DNA of 64,000 nt from Yuukianura sp. NJ FZ-2021 (Eukaryota), in NCBI GenBank assembly GCA_046563655.1, contig CM102289.1:2170001-2234000 (forward strand). Direction: 5' to 3'. Below, in pieces: positions 61,488 to 64,000 of the stretch; position 1 is the stretch's first letter; each line of letters opens with the position of its first letter. Made by a program: the position numbers and the translations under genes. The notes below the pieces were generated by a model that worked only from the letters and a program-made list of their open reading frames with translations, searched no databases and was not told the DNA's origin.

Positions 61488-62590
61488 ATGCGCTCTCTAG
61501 ACAAGGAACACGCGATGTTAAATAGACGAGTTGAAGACAGAATGTTGGAGTGGAAGTGTAAGGTAGAAAATCCTCCGAGAAAGGTAAACTAAACGTCACT
61601 TAAGTAAAAGAAAATAGGACGTGTGACAATTTTTTCAAAAATCAATATTTTCTTGAAAATCTTGAAAACTTAGCAAATTTTTTGAATGTGTTTTACATCA
61701 GGAACCACTCCGCGTTACAGCCTATTCAACACCGTCGTCAAGTGTCGCAAGAGGTGACGCCGTCCGTACGTCGCAGACACTTTTGGACAAACTTCCAAAA
61801 ATTGTTGGATTTGGCAGTGTAAGTAGTTTTTACAATTAACTTCTTTCTAACAAGTTTGGTGCAGAATTACAACAAAAAATATCAAAAAATGTTTGTCTAC
61901 CAAAAAAATTTTTTTTTTACATGTTTCGAATTTTTGATTTCATAGGCGTCTGGAGGTGCCGGAGCCCCACGTCGTTCTCCTTCCGGTAAAATCCAAACTG
62001 ACATTAGAGGTCATCCGGACATCCGATTTCACCAACGTGACAACTCCGTTTTTGAGAGAAGCATGCGCTACCAACTGGACAAACAGCAAATCCGAAAGTA
62101 CAAGGAAGACTTGGACAAGCAAATGGCAGAACGCGCCAAAATTTTCAAGCCTAACGACTCAAATGAAAAAAGTTCAGATTTGGCAACGCTTATAACCGAA
62201 CAGCGACTTTCGCGTCGTTGGGAATCCTTGCCAAAATTGACCTCGACTGATGTCACCAGAAATTATGTCAAGTAAGCCTTAAAAATACTAAATTTGTGTT
62301 GTGTTTTTTCAAAATTTTGGAAAAATTTTTTTCAAAGCTCTCCCAGAACTCCGGATCCTGAAGACTACAAGCGTGGTTTGGCACTTCAGTTGCAAGACAA
62401 ACTGTCACTTCAGGCCGAAGAACATCAGCAGGAAAAAGCTCTTCACTCACTTCATTTCAGTGCCTTTGATAGTTTTTGGGGCAAACCGGGAGCGGGAGCT
62501 CCAAAAAATACAAAACGAAAGGAAAATTTATTCAACCTTCTGCACCGCAGCGTTGGTCCGTCCAGTTCCGTGTCAAGTCCAAAAACTTGA
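61488..62590 (+). CDS. Protein with two G-x-x-G-G/A-GAP motifs and coiled-coil segments (CSPP1/CCDC66-like), 4 exons
   Basis: In-phase exons give ...GFGSASGGAGAPRRSPSGK...YKEDLDKQMAER...YKRGLALQLQDK...FWGKPGAGAP. The family call is from motif resemblance only. Confidence 0.55.
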
Positions 62591-63601
62591 TTTCAAAATT
62601 TTCTATTGTTCTTTCATGAAATTTTTTTATTCCCCGCTGTGTGATTTCATTTCGTACTAATAAAAGCAGAGATGGTCTCTGTTCTGCCAGGGTGCTTTAA
62701 AAGTAGGTCAAACGCTGAAAAAGTGGATATGGGCCAGGGGTGAACTATGTTTCTAGATTATGGATAACCTATTTAATACGTTTTCGCAGAATTATTGATT
62801 TCTCCAGAGTGTAATAAATATATTCAAAACGACACAATGGCTCTCGGTCATTACAAAATTGAAACAGGTACATCTAAAAGCCAAGAGATTGAGGGCATGC
62901 TTTGTTACTTTCACTTTTATTCAATGTTGACGGAATATCAACTTGTGACAACAAAAAAAGCTTCAGTTTTTAACAAAATCAAGGTTCTTTGGCAACGAAA
63001 AGTTCATATTTTCGTTAACATGTTGGGTGTACTACCTCGCTTGTTGCAAAAAAAAAACGAAAAAAAAAATTAGAGACCAATCCAAAAAATTGGTACCAAT
63101 TCGTATGCAAAATTTAAGAAAAAATGGCTGTATTGCTTTGACTACGGTGCCCTGAAATGAAAATGTGAAACTTTTTGAAAAATCAAAAAATACGAGGTAT
63201 TACCGAACCTGTTAAAGAAAAGTAATCAATCAGCAAACTTTTTCAACGAAAGGCTACCGTAGTTCGCTTATGGGACAGAGCAGACCCGTACGATTTGGCT
63301 GAAAATTTAACCACGTGTTCTCGACACCTACAGGAACAACTTTTGTACAGGGTCCAGATGGGGCATCAAACGGTTTGACCCCCAGGGGTCACCAAAGGTC
63401 ACGAGGTCATCCTATGACAACCCCCCATAATTAAGGTGTCGTTGGAAAGGTCATGACCTTGTGGTTCAGAAAATGTATAGGTATCAATACTTTGGTGCAG
63501 GCGTTTAGCCGTAAGGGGTCACTGAAGGTCGACCATGAAAAAAGTTGCAAAGTACCAAAAAGTGAAATCGTTTCATGACAACCGACAAAATGACTTATAC
63601 A

Positions 63602-64000
63602 AAAGTTGTTCCACTCAAAAAAATAAGCAACTTTTCCCTCTTGCATTTTTTTCTACGGCGAACAGCTGATGAAATACCGACCCAGGCCAAAACTGCTAAA
63701 AGTAGATTTCAGCTAGGACTTTCGCGACAGTAAAAAGGAATCTGATTGGTTTTTTATATTTTGGACGTAAACGTCAGGATATTGTTTTAAAAAGTTAGTT
63801 TCTGCAACCATTTCCATGTTCTGGGGGAGTCTAGAGGCGTAGAACCGTCGTTCTTGTCCAATTTCCTTTTGCCGTCGCGAAAGTCCTATCTGAAATCTAC
63901 TTTTAGCAGTTTTGGCCTGGGTCGGTATTTCATCAGCTGTTCGCCGTAGAAAAAAATGCAAGAGGGAAAAGTTGCTTATTTTTTTGAGTGGAACAACTTT
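63602..64000. repeat. Inverted repeat (arms ~63602-63740 and ~63862->64000), probably the centre of a larger foldback/MITE element
   Basis: aaagttgttccactcaaaaaaataagc...ggactttcgcgac is mirrored almost perfectly up to the window end. Confidence 0.85.

Overview
AT-rich eukaryotic DNA with short GT-AG introns. It is probably from an arthropod; the gene mix suggests a soil hexapod such as a springtail, which is inference only. Genes: the 3' end of a DUF4789-like Cys-rich gene; a tandem, partly decayed array of intronless divergent ionotropic-receptor-like genes (3 intact, 2 with a single frameshift, 1 disrupted by insertions, several remnants); a 5-exon secreted protein with three CSalpha/beta defensin/toxin-like modules that the ORF track misses; a secreted beta/gamma-crystallin-like protein; a Cys-loop channel subunit with a non-canonical pore motif; two tandem, intron-containing GH81 beta-1,3-glucanases with fascin-like tails (candidate horizontally acquired genes); a DGAT2/MOGAT gene; a small secreted cationic peptide; and a CSPP1-like gene. 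Mobile and repeat DNA: a very young pol-less LTR element with a novel Zn-knuckle ORF inserted in a TPR-gene exon, a 405-bp-arm perfect palindrome, a solo LTR, and MITE, Helitron/HINE and Kolobok-like elements. Gene models were spliced by eye and family names come from motif recognition, not database searches.
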